From: Babesia bigemina
Lineage: Eukaryota
Assembly (NCBI RefSeq): GCF_000981445.1
Contig: NC_027218.1
Coordinates: 1,240,001-1,304,000, forward strand
Direction of reading: 5' to 3'
Length of the DNA: 64,000 bases
Part shown: positions 11,648 through 23,009 of the stretch, one piece after another
Position numbering within the stretch: the first letter of the stretch is position 1
How the letters are laid out: every line of letters starts with the position of its first letter
Position numbers and translations under genes: made by a program
Notes under the pieces: model-generated
The model's database searches: none
Seen by the model: only the letters and a program-made list of their open reading frames with translations
Told to the model about the DNA's origin: nothing

Positions 11648-12781
11648 GTGCCTAGGGTCGGTTTGTGGCTTTGGCGGGGCTGCCGCCTCACGCTGAAATC
11701 GGTTGCGGGATCCACGTCGGTCCATTGCCGGACGTCACTGGTGCCATCCATGCGGGCATCCATCCAGTTTGGGCCAGATGGTCATCAACAGAGTTATAAT
11801 CATCTTGGTTTCATGTACCTCGTCACATAACTTATAACGATATAACGTGTCTGCTAGATGAAAGATGTCCGCTTCATAGCCTCGACCACGTCCCTGCATC
11901 TCCTCTTCTTGTATGCCCCGTCTCCACCGGGTTGCCTTCGTTGACAGTCCCGTTATCCACGGTAGTGAAGGCGTGATTTATACTATATACGTTGTAGTGT
12001 TCTTGTAGAGTATGCTCTCAACCCTCATGAGACTCCTGAGTTTGGCATGGCACTTTCCATCATTACTATAGTCCTCCACTTGCCCTTACTGCTATTCACT
12101 CATACCATCGCCTTTCAGCCAGATATATCCTAACTGTGCTTCACATTTACATCGGTAATCTTCCATATGGACGTCATATTTGCAGACATCATGCATCGAG
12201 GATTCCGTTCCCTGTAAACGCTGCGGAGGTAAAATGCCATTGCCCTTTCCGCTTCTCGATTACGGCATGCTCATATTCGTGTAGTAGCCACCCAGTCGCT
12301 CGAGTCACATTTGGGAATATCGTATTAGCATTATGTTAAAACCGTGCAGTGGCAGTGGGGTGGACCAGTAAGTGCGCAGAGGCAGTGTAGAATTTGATGC
12401 GAATATTAACTAGCAGCTTGCATCAACTATACCTGTTTCTTCCGGCGGTGGAACATTGGAGTGCAGTTTGGAGGCTTCAGGACGCCGCCGAAGTGGGCCA
12501 GAATTTCGAGCTGTCTGGGTGCTGGTGGTTGGGATTAGGTGAGCGAGGTGGATGCCAAATTCGTCATGATTTTCAAATACGCCCTTAATCGAGGACGCCC
12601 TTGAGTAATGTAGTTTGGAGCACTGAAAGAGGAGGTTGTCAGCCGTTCAGTGCGCATCGCATTTTTGCAGTGGAGTGGAGGTCTGCAGCCTTGAATTGCA
12701 TATGTAGTTCCGCAAAACGAATAATACTGTCAACTTCAGCTTCTAAACAATGGTGCCTAAGAAGCTTACTGACTGCCCGGA
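11648..12781 (+). repeat. Left arm of 1,134-bp inverted repeat (ves upstream region plus first 32 nt of CDS)
   Basis: Reverse complement of 28393-29526 with a constant offset (no indels); ORF-track peptides identical in both arms; first mismatch seen at ves codon 11 (GAA vs GAG). Confidence 0.95.
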
Positions 12782-15700
12782 AAATCTCCGGGAGGCCATC
12801 GACTGGCTGATCCAGGTTAGGCATGGTGGTGGTGGCAGTGATGGTCTTGGTGAGTTATCGAAAGCTTTGCAAAAGCTGATTGAGGAGGCTATTGAGAAGG
12901 CTTATACAACTAATGTCGGTGCGCTTCTCAAGATTCTCGATTCTGCCAAGTCTTACACCTGTTGTGAGGGTAAAGTAGCTGAAATTCGGAAACTTAAAGA
13001 TTCAAAAAATCTTACCCCTGAAACTTTTGAAAACCTTAAATCGAAATGTGAAGACATCAACAATTGCACTAAAAATCACTTAGATTCTTCCCAACAGAAA
13101 TCCTACGATGAGATTGAGTCCAAGTTGGAACAGCTTAAAAAGCTTGGAGATAGTCTTAATGGGTTCACCGACGAAAGGCAATGTAAAGACCTTTTAACGC
13201 ATCTATGTGATGGTCTTCAAACCTTCCTCGGCTTCAACCCTGACTCCAAAGGCTACGACGGCAAGGGTATTGTGTACTCCGACCTGGACAGGCTGTGTGA
13301 CGGGGTGATGGGATTTTTGTATCAAACCATGAAAATGATTGTAACTGATCCTAATGTAATAACGTATTATGATTCGTCATCTGAGTATGTAAAAATTTTA
13401 GAAAAGCATCTTGATAACGGCCATCATGGCTTTTCAATGATGGTTTCAGCCATGCTGGCTTGGCATGGGTATTATGAGAAGGAGTTTAGTAGTAGAGTGA
13501 AAGCAATTGTTGATAATGAAAATGGAAAATTAACAGCTTTGAGAGCCAATATTAAGACGAATATTAATGAGGTCGGGAAATTGAAGGATCTTAGCACTAA
13601 GCCCTTTGAAGTGGTTGTCGACGAATGGAAGGAAACTGTTACTAGGGGACTTGCCATATCAGTAAAAAATGCCGAGTCGGCGATTAATAATCTCGACAAA
13701 CCACTTAGAAATGAGATAATGGTAGAATTTGATAAGATTAAGATGCAGATTGATAAATTAAACGAGTCTACCGTCAGGGATGTAAAACAGCTCAACGATT
13801 TGGCGCGCCAGGTTAATTTCGATCTAAACGAGTTGAAGAAGAGTGTCTACTTTGCGATACATACACGTGTTGGGGATCTGCGTAAGAAGTTGACAGAGGA
13901 TTTTACTGCAATTAATGAAGAAATTAATACAGTCAGTGTTACTCTAGGACAATATGTAGAGGCCTTGAAGGTGTGGATTCAGAATGCTCAGTCATTGGTC
14001 GATAAAGCTATTCCGCAAATTGAAGCTATATTGAACGAGATTGATGATAACGGTTCAAAAGGTCGAAAATATCCTGCGACGATTAAAAAACAAGCCGGTG
14101 AATTGAAAAGAAAAGCAGATGCACTTTGGAGTGCAACAGGGGAAGTTAAAAGGGTTCTAAAACCATTAGGGCAAAATATTAGAAGCGCCGTTGACACATT
14201 AGAATCTGTGTATAAAAAGACTTTAAAAGACTTGCAACAGGCTGTGCAGTCTCAAGTTCACGAGGCGCAGAGGGTGCTTGGGGAGTTGGGAAGCAAAGTA
14301 AAAAGTGATTTGGGGAATGATATGTTCCAAAGACCTATTAAAGAGGAAATTGGGAAAGTCATGAGTGCTTTCAAAGGGGGAATCGGGAAAGCTCGGCAAG
14401 CTTCAGACTGGGCCGTAGAGATCGTGCAAGGATTCCGGGAAGGTTTGGCATATGATTACAATTCGGCGAATGATAGAAACACATGGCTATATAAGTGGGC
14501 TGATTCTACACAAAGTGATATACGCAATGTAGTAGAGAAATTAGGTGACTTGTCAAAATTCCGGGCGGTGCTTAATGCTCTGGAAAGTTCGACACATGAC
14601 GGAAAGAATTTCTTCGAAGTCATCACCGAAGATCTCTATAAGAAGCTTACGGAAGCGATCAATGCTATAAAAGGGGAATTGCCCAGAAGAATGTCTAATT
14701 ATAATAACCATGCTAAAATGGGCGGTGCAATTCATAATGCGATTGGGAAGGTCAAGGAAGATGTCAATGGTTTTTTCTACGTAGATGGTAGCAGAGAACA
14801 ACAGGTAAGGCAAGATAAACTTGAAGGTTATAACAGAAACGGTGTAGATGATGAAATCAATAAGATAGAATCCGAGGGCCTACAGCATTTCAAAAAATTC
14901 GACCAACCTGACAATGAAATTAAAAACAACACCTTCAATGAATTAAAATCTGCGATCACCTCCAACCTCGAGGGTCTAATCGAAGCTATAAAGCAGAATG
15001 CTGACCATAATGAAGACAACACAGGTATCAAGCAAAAATTGGAAGCGTTACAAAATACGTATTTCAAGCAGACCGAACATGTAAAAAATGATAGTATCTA
15101 CAAAATTTATGCAGATCTGGAAACTCTGCAGACTGTTAATTTAGCCCAACTGATAAGTATGGCCCAAACATTCCTTGTTGACACTATTCCGAAGCAGGCG
15201 AAAGAATGCATCACAGCAATAAAAAACCATCTCAAAGCCGAGGTCATTAAGACCGTTGAGAATATTAAAATGGATGCGCTGGAGCGATACATTGAGTCCA
15301 AAAGCCAGGAGCTTGGTGTATTTAAAAAATGCGTTGATAGGCGGTGTGATACTATCACAGCTATTATTGACGAAGATATTAAGAGGGGCATTAAAGGCCT
15401 GCTTGCGATCGTAAAACAACAACTGAGTGGTACAGCATTGCAAATTGCGGATCAAACCAAATTAGGTGATTTCCCTTCTAAAGTGCAATTTCTTCTAGAG
15501 GCGTTCTGGGGGTACGTAGGTGGCCAACTTACGGGGAATGATGATGATGTTCTTTCTGCATTCGTTGGAGTCAAAACCAAAATGACCACGTTGTTCACCG
15601 ACCTTACGCACTACAACCACGAATTTAAAAATAACCTACATGATTTTTCTAACGCACTCAGCAACTTAAAGCCGGAGCACTTCTGCGGTCAGTCGTCTCC

Positions 15701-17975
15701 ACTCCTCGACGTTTTCAAGAAAGGTTGCGAATCAATGATTGGCGAGTTGAGAAAGGCCTATGTGGCCGCGTATTCCGGTGCATTCTCGATAGACTGGAAA
15801 GGTCCGAAAACCGATGAAATATCCCAGAACGGCATTAACTGCGCCGAAATCTTCTTCACCATCCTCGTATTTATCTACAAGCATTTTATGACGCTTAACG
15901 AAAAGTGTGGTGAGAAAGGTGAATGGCTCGACAAAAAAATCTGCCTTTTGAACTCAACTAATGCGTACAACAGCCTGGGCGATTTTCTAGAGGAATGCGG
16001 ATTTCATGTCACAGAAAAGGAGGACACTCCAGACAATGAGTTGAGATGTCATGGAAATATGAAGGGTTCCAATATGATTCAGAGACTCACGCAAAAGCAG
16101 ATGGAGAGCACTGAAGAAATTAAGCATATCCAGAAGTGTTCGACAGATAAGATTGAAAAAAGTAAAAAACAATTCAATTTTTTCGACATTCTTCACTGTA
16201 TGTTCACCCACCTAGAAGAATATTACTCGCTGTGCCATATCGCAAATCCGTCATCGAAACAACCATGCTCCGTCTTCGAAATGCTGAATTGGCTGGCCGG
16301 TTTGCATTACACTGCTGTTTATCCAAAGTTGTTGCGCGCCGGTATCGAAAGCGTGTTTGTTAAGTCAGATAAGCAGAAGAATAAATCCATAGAGAGCCTT
16401 CAAGTCACAGTAGTTGACCAGGAATCCTTATCATTGGCTGCCTACCCCAACAACATAACATATTATAACGTCAAATCGGCAATTGAGCATATTTGTTCAA
16501 AGTCCTACATTGTTCTTACCTCCATTGTCGGCACTGGCAACTCGGCGACCACGTATGCTGTTAACTTTTGCACCAACTCCCTTGGATTAAAATATCCAAT
16601 CTCAGGCGAGGATTGCCTACATACGGTAATTGACATATGTCGTAAAGTAATCCCTCCACTTAGATTCTTGCAGACGCAATGTAAAATGAGTGCTCAGCAC
16701 GGTGGATGGGAGCAGTGTGGTTACGGCAAAGATGTGCCGTCAGCCAAATGGCCGTGTACAGAGAACGCAATTGACCAACCAACGTGCCAACCAACATCTC
16801 CATTAATGTCTTACTTAAATGACTGTCTACCTGGCCATTTACCTCACCTATTAACCAGCGTGGGATGTAAATCAGAATGTAAAACATGTCCTAGCGGGAA
16901 ACCCGGCATGCCATGTATCACTCCCCTTGGATTCAGGGGGTTCTCCGGATCTACATCTACGGGTAGAGACCTGTGTGACATCCTCAATGAATTACTTGAT
17001 GACGTGGACCTTTCAGCGTTGTTATGCGTGGTACCCAAGCCACCATCCACGTTACCGGAGCACTTCGGCTTTGCGTTGACACTTGTTCATGGCTGGTATG
17101 ATGGTGCCAAGAAAATCAAAAACAGTTTCCAGCGTCATGTATACGACGCCATCACGAAACAGTCGATTAGTCTATATCACGACCCCGGTGTACTGACAGA
17201 TGCACTGCGCAAAGCATACTGTTCGCAACCGCCAAACTGTGGAAACGAACACAAAAATGCGGAGCACTCTGACGTGTTTAGTTTGTCATTGAACAATTAC
17301 ACGAGACAATGTTCCGGTGAAAACCATTGCGCTCACTACATCTACAGTTTATCTTCCGACTCACATTATTACATCGCTAACAAGCACGCCAGCGTGTGTC
17401 TGTCATGGGCATTGTACTTACCATGGCAGTTTCACACTTACCTCAACTCTCTACTACAGGAATTGAAGGAGATCTTCTGCCGGGACTGGGAATGCTCCAA
17501 GTGTTTGCATGGCAAAAAATGCAAACCTGGACATCACGGAGTCATCCATACAAAAACGCAAAACTCCAGTTGCCAATGCGACTCTGTGGTACGCTGCAGG
17601 GGTGTATTACCGACGTTGTACAAATATGGCTTCACATTTGGTGACCCGTCAGCTTTGAATGATGTGCGAGATCCGAAGACTTGTTCCAACTTCTGCTCTC
17701 AATTGGAGAAAGTTATTAAATCGTCATACTTCACTGTCCTTTTCAATGAATGTGACAACTTCCTCTGGACCATCCGCCTCCCCTTCTCCTACCTCCTTCT
17801 CACCCTCTGGCTCCTGTCTCTGCTCTACCTCATCCACATCCTCATCATCCGCCTCGACCTGCTCCACATCAAATCGCATTTGCGTTCACCGTCATCACAT
17901 CGCATCGCTGCGCAATCACTACTCGCCGCCGCACGTGTTGGCAAACTTGCCAAGATATCGTACCTGCAAACTTAA
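12750..17975 (+). CDS. ves/VESA1-like variant erythrocyte surface antigen (1741 aa), copy 1
   Basis: N-terminal KKLTDCPENLREAIDWL, GYDGKGIVYSDLDRLCDG, AT-rich helical middle, Cys-rich C-terminal third, single TM and tail LHIKSHLRSPSSHRIAAQSLLAAARV; no signal peptide. Confidence 0.92.
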   Translation: MVPKKLTDCPENLREAIDWLIQVRHGGGGSDGLGELSKALQKLIEEAIEKAYTTNVGALLKILDSAKSYTCCEGKVAEIRKLKDSKNLTPETFENLKSKCEDINNCTKNHLDSSQQKSYDEIESKLEQLKKLGDSLNGFTDERQCKDLLTHLCDGLQTFLGFNPDSKGYDGKGIVYSDLDRLCDGVMGFLYQTMKMIVTDPNVITYYDSSSEYVKILEKHLDNGHHGFSMMVSAMLAWHGYYEKEFSSRVKAIVDNENGKLTALRANIKTNINEVGKLKDLSTKPFEVVVDEWKETVTRGLAISVKNAESAINNLDKPLRNEIMVEFDKIKMQIDKLNESTVRDVKQLNDLARQVNFDLNELKKSVYFAIHTRVGDLRKKLTEDFTAINEEINTVSVTLGQYVEALKVWIQNAQSLVDKAIPQIEAILNEIDDNGSKGRKYPATIKKQAGELKRKADALWSATGEVKRVLKPLGQNIRSAVDTLESVYKKTLKDLQQAVQSQVHEAQRVLGELGSKVKSDLGNDMFQRPIKEEIGKVMSAFKGGIGKARQASDWAVEIVQGFREGLAYDYNSANDRNTWLYKWADSTQSDIRNVVEKLGDLSKFRAVLNALESSTHDGKNFFEVITEDLYKKLTEAINAIKGELPRRMSNYNNHAKMGGAIHNAIGKVKEDVNGFFYVDGSREQQVRQDKLEGYNRNGVDDEINKIESEGLQHFKKFDQPDNEIKNNTFNELKSAITSNLEGLIEAIKQNADHNEDNTGIKQKLEALQNTYFKQTEHVKNDSIYKIYADLETLQTVNLAQLISMAQTFLVDTIPKQAKECITAIKNHLKAEVIKTVENIKMDALERYIESKSQELGVFKKCVDRRCDTITAIIDEDIKRGIKGLLAIVKQQLSGTALQIADQTKLGDFPSKVQFLLEAFWGYVGGQLTGNDDDVLSAFVGVKTKMTTLFTDLTHYNHEFKNNLHDFSNALSNLKPEHFCGQSSPLLDVFKKGCESMIGELRKAYVAAYSGAFSIDWKGPKTDEISQNGINCAEIFFTILVFIYKHFMTLNEKCGEKGEWLDKKICLLNSTNAYNSLGDFLEECGFHVTEKEDTPDNELRCHGNMKGSNMIQRLTQKQMESTEEIKHIQKCSTDKIEKSKKQFNFFDILHCMFTHLEEYYSLCHIANPSSKQPCSVFEMLNWLAGLHYTAVYPKLLRAGIESVFVKSDKQKNKSIESLQVTVVDQESLSLAAYPNNITYYNVKSAIEHICSKSYIVLTSIVGTGNSATTYAVNFCTNSLGLKYPISGEDCLHTVIDICRKVIPPLRFLQTQCKMSAQHGGWEQCGYGKDVPSAKWPCTENAIDQPTCQPTSPLMSYLNDCLPGHLPHLLTSVGCKSECKTCPSGKPGMPCITPLGFRGFSGSTSTGRDLCDILNELLDDVDLSALLCVVPKPPSTLPEHFGFALTLVHGWYDGAKKIKNSFQRHVYDAITKQSISLYHDPGVLTDALRKAYCSQPPNCGNEHKNAEHSDVFSLSLNNYTRQCSGENHCAHYIYSLSSDSHYYIANKHASVCLSWALYLPWQFHTYLNSLLQELKEIFCRDWECSKCLHGKKCKPGHHGVIHTKTQNSSCQCDSVVRCRGVLPTLYKYGFTFGDPSALNDVRDPKTCSNFCSQLEKVIKSSYFTVLFNECDNFLWTIRLPFSYLLLTLWLLSLLYLIHILIIRLDLLHIKSHLRSPSSHRIAAQSLLAAARVGKLAKISYLQT

Positions 17976-18365
17976 TCGTACTCACATTTGTCACTCTCAC
18001 CACCACTCACCTAACCCACTACCTAGCAACCCACCGCCTAACATAACACAATAACACATATCTGACCTAACACTTACTCAGCAATTTGGCAGTTATGTCA
18101 GTTCATCTATCCATAGTTTTGTGGTTTGAGATGTCGAGTTGTGAGTTACCGGTGACACGTGCCCCACGTCCTCCCATGGATTTAGTGGGCAGTGATGCCG
18201 GGTGATAGGCTACTGATGGAGACTGTTTACGAGTGCGGTGATATGTGAAACTGCGTCGTATGAAATGTGATTGTTTGGCGAGATGGCTATTATATACGTC
18301 CCTAGGAAATGAACGTTGACGGGGCAGTGACATGAAGGCCAGTGGACGGCGTAGTTAGGTGGCTT

Positions 18366-18827
18366 TGGTGGTAGCAGTGTAAATGAGAAGCACGTTAATC
18401 AAGTGATGTAGCTCAGTTAGGCACTCATTAAGGCATAGATGTAACAGTAGTATTAAGCGCTGGCTATGTTGTTTGGTCTGTGATGGATGGAGTTGACTCA
18501 ACGACTGACACCGGTTGCCCTGCATGCCACGGCCAGGATGGTATCAACATGCTTTAGCTGGGTCGTACTTCAGTTGTGAGAGCTACAAAGCCGTAATGTG
18601 GCTGGCTATTCGCGGGACGACGGGCACCTGGCTGATGTCGAAGCTGATGGTAGCTCAGTTGTCTGTCCTGAGGTGCGTGTCCATAAGTGGTTGGCGAGTG
18701 CTGCTTAGGTGATTGATATATGTTTGCAGGTTGAGGGGACTGGGAGCGGCAGTGGTACGTGTTGCAGTTGGTGAGTTATGCTTGAGTGATTGATATGTTT
18801 GCAGGTTGAGGGGACTGGAAGGGGAAG
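18366..18827 (+). promoter_or_regulatory. Shared upstream element / spliced 5' UTR of the Cys-rich small gene family
   Basis: Homologous to 22242-22520(-), 45604-46016(-) and about 55980-56325(+). Invariant TGCATGCCACGG; candidate introns 18673-18729 and 18755-18804 ending TTTGCAG/GTTGAGGGGA; GGGAAG immediately before the ATG. Confidence 0.6.
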
Positions 18828-19310
18828 ATGTCGGGAAGGGGCCTATTAGACTGTAAGTGTAACAAAAGCTGTACGGAGCGTGACTGTTATTGCTGTTACG
18901 TGTCTTGTGCAGGATGCACTAGAACGAGGTGTTATTTCTGTATGAAGTTTTACAGTCAGCGCGTGGGTGGAGAAGGGGAGTGCCATCCCGATGGATGTAA
19001 AGAGTGTAAGACACGCACATGTTATTGTTATTGTGGTCTCAAGAAAGGCTCTACTGCATCCAGTTCCCAACGTTCCCTCAGTCAACAGCATTCCCTTACT
19101 TACTCCAGTGCCGCCTCTGCCTCCGGTCCCGTCGCCTCCTCCCGTGAAGAGCATCCCACCCTCAGTCCACAGCTTTCCACCGGCGCCACCGCTGCCACCC
19201 CCGTCCCTTACATCATCGCCCCCGTTGCGCTCATCATCGTCGTCGTCTGCGTCATGATCTACTTCCGCATCCGGCCGTTCCACAGGGTGCGGTATCTACT
19301 GCGCAGCTGA
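18828..19310 (+). CDS. Small Cys-rich single-TM protein, family copy A (160 aa unspliced; possible second exon to 19486)
   Basis: 16 Cys in the first 70 aa, Ser/Pro/Ala stalk, TM PYIIAPVALIIVVVCVMIYF, basic tail RIRPFHRVR; three paralogues in the window. Confidence 0.8.
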   Translation: MSGRGLLDCKCNKSCTERDCYCCYVSCAGCTRTRCYFCMKFYSQRVGGEGECHPDGCKECKTRTCYCYCGLKKGSTASSSQRSLSQQHSLTYSSAASASGPVASSREEHPTLSPQLSTGATAATPVPYIIAPVALIIVVVCVMIYFRIRPFHRVRYLLRS

Positions 19311-19542
19311 TGACAATAACTTAATTAGAAACTGACATCTAATGTTCTAGACAGAGTAATGATTGCGTTGATGACCAATCACATGAGCAAGTTATCAGTT
19401 ACAGCTGCGATGACAGTGGTGACCAAGCAAATGACCAATGCCATGACCAAGGTGGTGGCCAAGCAGCTGACAAGAGTGGTGACTAAGAAGCTGACCTAGT
19501 GGCCGGCTAATTGAATATGTAACGTAATACATGATTTAATGT

Positions 19543-20445
19543 ATGACACACCTATATCATGACCCTCCTCCTCTCCCAAACCTTCAACCCCTGGACCCAA
19601 TAGGCCCAGCCACCGCCGACGTCTCTGTCAACTTCCCACCAATCGATAATCCGGAGTCTCTCCCAAACAGTTACGTGGATCCGTATATGCACGATGCGCA
19701 AGCCGTCGGTATGTGCATTGCCCCGTGGATGAAACAGGCAGAAACTTGAGCCTCCACCGACATCCCCGAGACTGAGCTGTTCCCTTCCCAGGCCCCGCGC
19801 ACTGTCCGGGATATGCTTACTTGGCTGGCTGGGCTTAGGAACCCAAAGCATCATAAGACTCTAGAGAAGTGTATTAAGAAGGCCTTTAGTGGTTTACATA
19901 ATGAGTCATCAGATCTTGCGCTCTCCGTCAACGGGTCTCACGTCCTCCCCCAACATGTATTCGATATACTCCAGCTTACCGCCATGTTTGCAGGTTCAGT
20001 GCTCACCGCCATCGCACCTAACTGGAGAGCTAGTGTTGCATCAAGAACTGTGAAGCCTAACTCTTCCACCCAGTCTGACGAGTTAGATTGCTCCGCCCTC
20101 CTCTGCCAGCTGCTTGACTACGTGTACGCCTGCCACCACCAGTTGCAGTTCCTGAAGGCGCAGTGTAAACGAGATAAACTAAGTGGTGGTTGGAAAAATG
20201 ATGAGTACGGCAGTGACATCACTTCTTCCAAGTCCCCCCTCCAGGCGTTCCTGACTGACGGCTGGGACTCCACCTTCAAAACTCACCCCTTCGACCCGTG
20301 CAACCTGTGCCTAAGGAGCCGCGTCAGGATGGGATTCAGGGACAGAGATTTACCGAGTAGTCAACAAACTGGCGACACCCTTTCTTCCATCCTCACTCCC
20401 AGCTGCGGAGGTGAGCAGCATGATTCGCTAGTCGACACGAAATAG
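19543..20445 (+). pseudogene. Internal fragment of a second ves subtype (ves1b-like)
   Basis: APRTVRDMLTWLAGL...QLQFLKAQC...SPLQAFLTD...RVRMGF is collinear with ves motifs; in-frame TGA at 19747; truncated after TPSCGGE; no ves N-terminus or TM. Confidence 0.8.
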
Positions 20446-20713
20446 TAATTGTCGCCATACGTTATTATATGTTGCATCGATATATATATTGCTGCAGTTG
20501 TCATAACGTATATTACGCCATATCTTACAGTGTCATGGTGCTCTACAAAAGTGTGAAGCGGGCATAACATCCGCGTACGGCCAATGATTGTCTAACGCAA
20601 CGCAGGCGAATTGATGTACAACAACCGTGTTAGTGATTGGATCAAATAATCAAATTGAAATTGGGTGTGGCATGGCTACAGTGGGGCTACGTGGACTCGG
20701 TGAGGCTATGCGG

Positions 20714-20929
20714 TTATTGGAGTTTAGGCTTGGAACCACGGAACCCGTCCCGTATTTGGCCGAATATGGTACCAAGACTCACATCATATTGTCTACCCGT
20801 GATGTATAGGACCAAGACGAGAAGGGCGGAGAAACCAATGAAGCCGGCAAAAGCAATTCCTAGAAATTTTAAGGCGCAGCCAGTTTTGCTACTACAATCG
20901 CTGCCTCCATTGCAGAAGCAACTACCCAT
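20714..20929 (-). CDS. 71-aa single-TM microprotein, second family copy 1
   Basis: MGSCFCNGGSDCSSKTGCALKFLGIAFAGFIGFSALLVLVLYITGRQYDVSLGTIFGQIRDGFRGSKPKLQ; paralogue at 53852-54034; GGGAAG-ATG context. Confidence 0.6.
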   Translation of the reverse strand: MGSCFCNGGSDCSSKTGCALKFLGIAFAGFIGFSALLVLVLYITGRQYDVSLGTIFGQIRDGFRGSKPKLQ

Positions 20930-21794
20930 CTTCCCTCGACTCACTCAACAACCAGCCTTCACAACAGTGAACAACGTGCCTAAAGCCTCGAGCACCCTCA
21001 GCCAACTGACGATTCACAATGACCATACCCCACCCCTATTATGTCGTCCACCTTGTGCTGGGGCAGCCGTGATTGCAGACCTCACAACGCTGACATATAA
21101 TGGGCGTACCCTCCCGCATGCGATAGTTAAACATGTCTTGATTGTTATTCAATGGTAGAGCAACTAACGATGTAGTGTCCACGAAAAGCGCCAAGTCTGT
21201 CTAACATCTGCCTTGATCCAGCCTGGTTATTCTGATGTGACCAACTGAACTAAGTCGCTTGCTTGATGTTTCTGATCGGCACAATGCTGCCACTGAGCAC
21301 GCCACATTACAGCACCTCTCACTCACATGCCACTTGCCAACCTAACAGATGGCCCAGCACGTCACATGGTGCGTCACCCATCGGGTGACGGACAGGATGA
21401 CCACCGGCGTAGTTCCACCTCCCTCTTGAGATTGGGTCACCAACCCCAACAAAGTAGCTAGTACGACGCCATGCCAGCAGATTTTCATTAACTGAATCTT
21501 GCAGGTATAGTGACGCTATACTAGAGTAGAGGGATAGGCGGTGCGTGAGGCGCAGGTTTTGCATCCGTGCTCAAACGCCTTATTTCAAGCACCATCCTCT
21601 GTGTGTCTGTAAGACGCATAAGCCACAAGCCATCAAGCAATATGAAAATGATGAAGACGATGATGGCAACGATGACGGCGGCGATGATGTAAGGGGCGGA
21701 GGTATGGTCACCTCACTGCTCATGTGATCGATCACCAACGCAATCATTACTTCGTCTACGACATTAGATGTAGTTGCCAGTTGCTTTATTGCGA

Positions 21795-22241
21795 TTAGCT
21801 GCGCAGTAGATACCGCACCCTGTGGAACGGCCGGATGCGGAAGTATATCATGACGCAGATGACGACGATGACGAGGGCGACGGCGGCGATGATGTAAGGG
21901 GCGGGGTTGGAAACGGCGGTAGACTGTCGACCGGTTTGGTGCTCTACACTCGGAAGAGAGGGGGAACTTGGGGCTTGGGATGTACGCTGTAGACTGGCGG
22001 ATTCCTGGGCACGGGCTTCGGCAGCTTGTTTAATTCTACAACAGTCACATGGACAACTGTCAGTGTTACAACCAACACATGCCGGAGAGTAGCACGGTTC
22101 TCCTCTCATGCGCGAAGAAGACAAATTGAAACATCGTAAACATCTTGATATTCTACATCCTGTGCAACAATAGGGACAACACTTACAGTGAGGTTTTTCA
22201 CATTTGTTATTACAACCACACGAGAAATCCCAATTACTCAT
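21795..22241 (-). CDS. Small Cys-rich single-TM protein, family copy B (148 aa unspliced; possible second exon to 21713)
   Basis: 18 Cys scaffold, stalk, TM APYIIAAVALVIVVICVMIYF, tail RIRPFHRVRYLLRS identical to copies A and D. Confidence 0.8.
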   Translation of the reverse strand: MSNWDFSCGCNNKCEKPHCKCCPYCCTGCRISRCLRCFNLSSSRMRGEPCYSPACVGCNTDSCPCDCCRIKQAAEARAQESASLQRTSQAPSSPSLPSVEHQTGRQSTAVSNPAPYIIAAVALVIVVICVMIYFRIRPFHRVRYLLRS

Positions 22242-23009
22242 CTTCCCGCTCCCACTCCCCTCAACCTGCAAACATCAATCACTTAAGCAAGCACTCACCA
22301 ACTGCACTCATGAACCACGCACCTCGGCAAGGACACTGACCATCTCCCATCGGCGCTACGATAGCATCCATGTGACCGCCATCCACCGCAACGCCAGTCA
22401 CATCACCACGATGCAGCTATCACAATTGAAGTTGTGCTTAGTTAACGCATGTGGCTGGTGTCCTGTCCGTGGCATGCAGGTGAACCGGTGCCAGTTGAGC
22501 AGTCAACTGTATCCATCACAGACCGTGCAACGGTGCGACCGCTGCTTCTAAATGTCATAACATTTTCGTCATAATGAGTGCATTAGTGAACCACATCACT
22601 TGGTTAATATGGTCGTTATTTACACTGTTACCATCAATGTCACAACGACGCAGTCCACTGGCCATCACGTCACTGTCCCGGCGACATTCCATCCGTGGAG
22701 ATAACATAATATCTATCACGCCAAACAATCACGTTTCACACCACGCGCTTTCACCTGTCACAACACTCGTCATAAGCCTACATCGATCGCTTATAACCCA
22801 GCATCACTGCCAACTATAACCATGGGAGAGCGTGGACACATTCCACAGCTAACTCACAACTCAACATCCCAGAACACGAACCTATAAATGCACTAACAAC
22901 ATTAACTGCCAATTGATGAGTAGGCATTAGGTAATATATTCGTGTGGCTATTAGGTTAGGCGGTGGGTTGCTGGGTAGTGAGTTAGGTGAGTGGCGGTGA
23001 GGTGATTCA

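Noticed and set aside
12136..12810. Short ORFs within the inverted-repeat arms (and mirror copies 28355-29038)
   Set aside because: Identical only because the DNA is duplicated; non-ATG starts, and the ORF track shows no equivalent intact ORFs in the diverged third copy.
12750..17975. Bacterial Ebh-like or SMC-like origin of the helical middle region
   Set aside because: Generic coiled-coil composition; terminal motifs identify the ves family.
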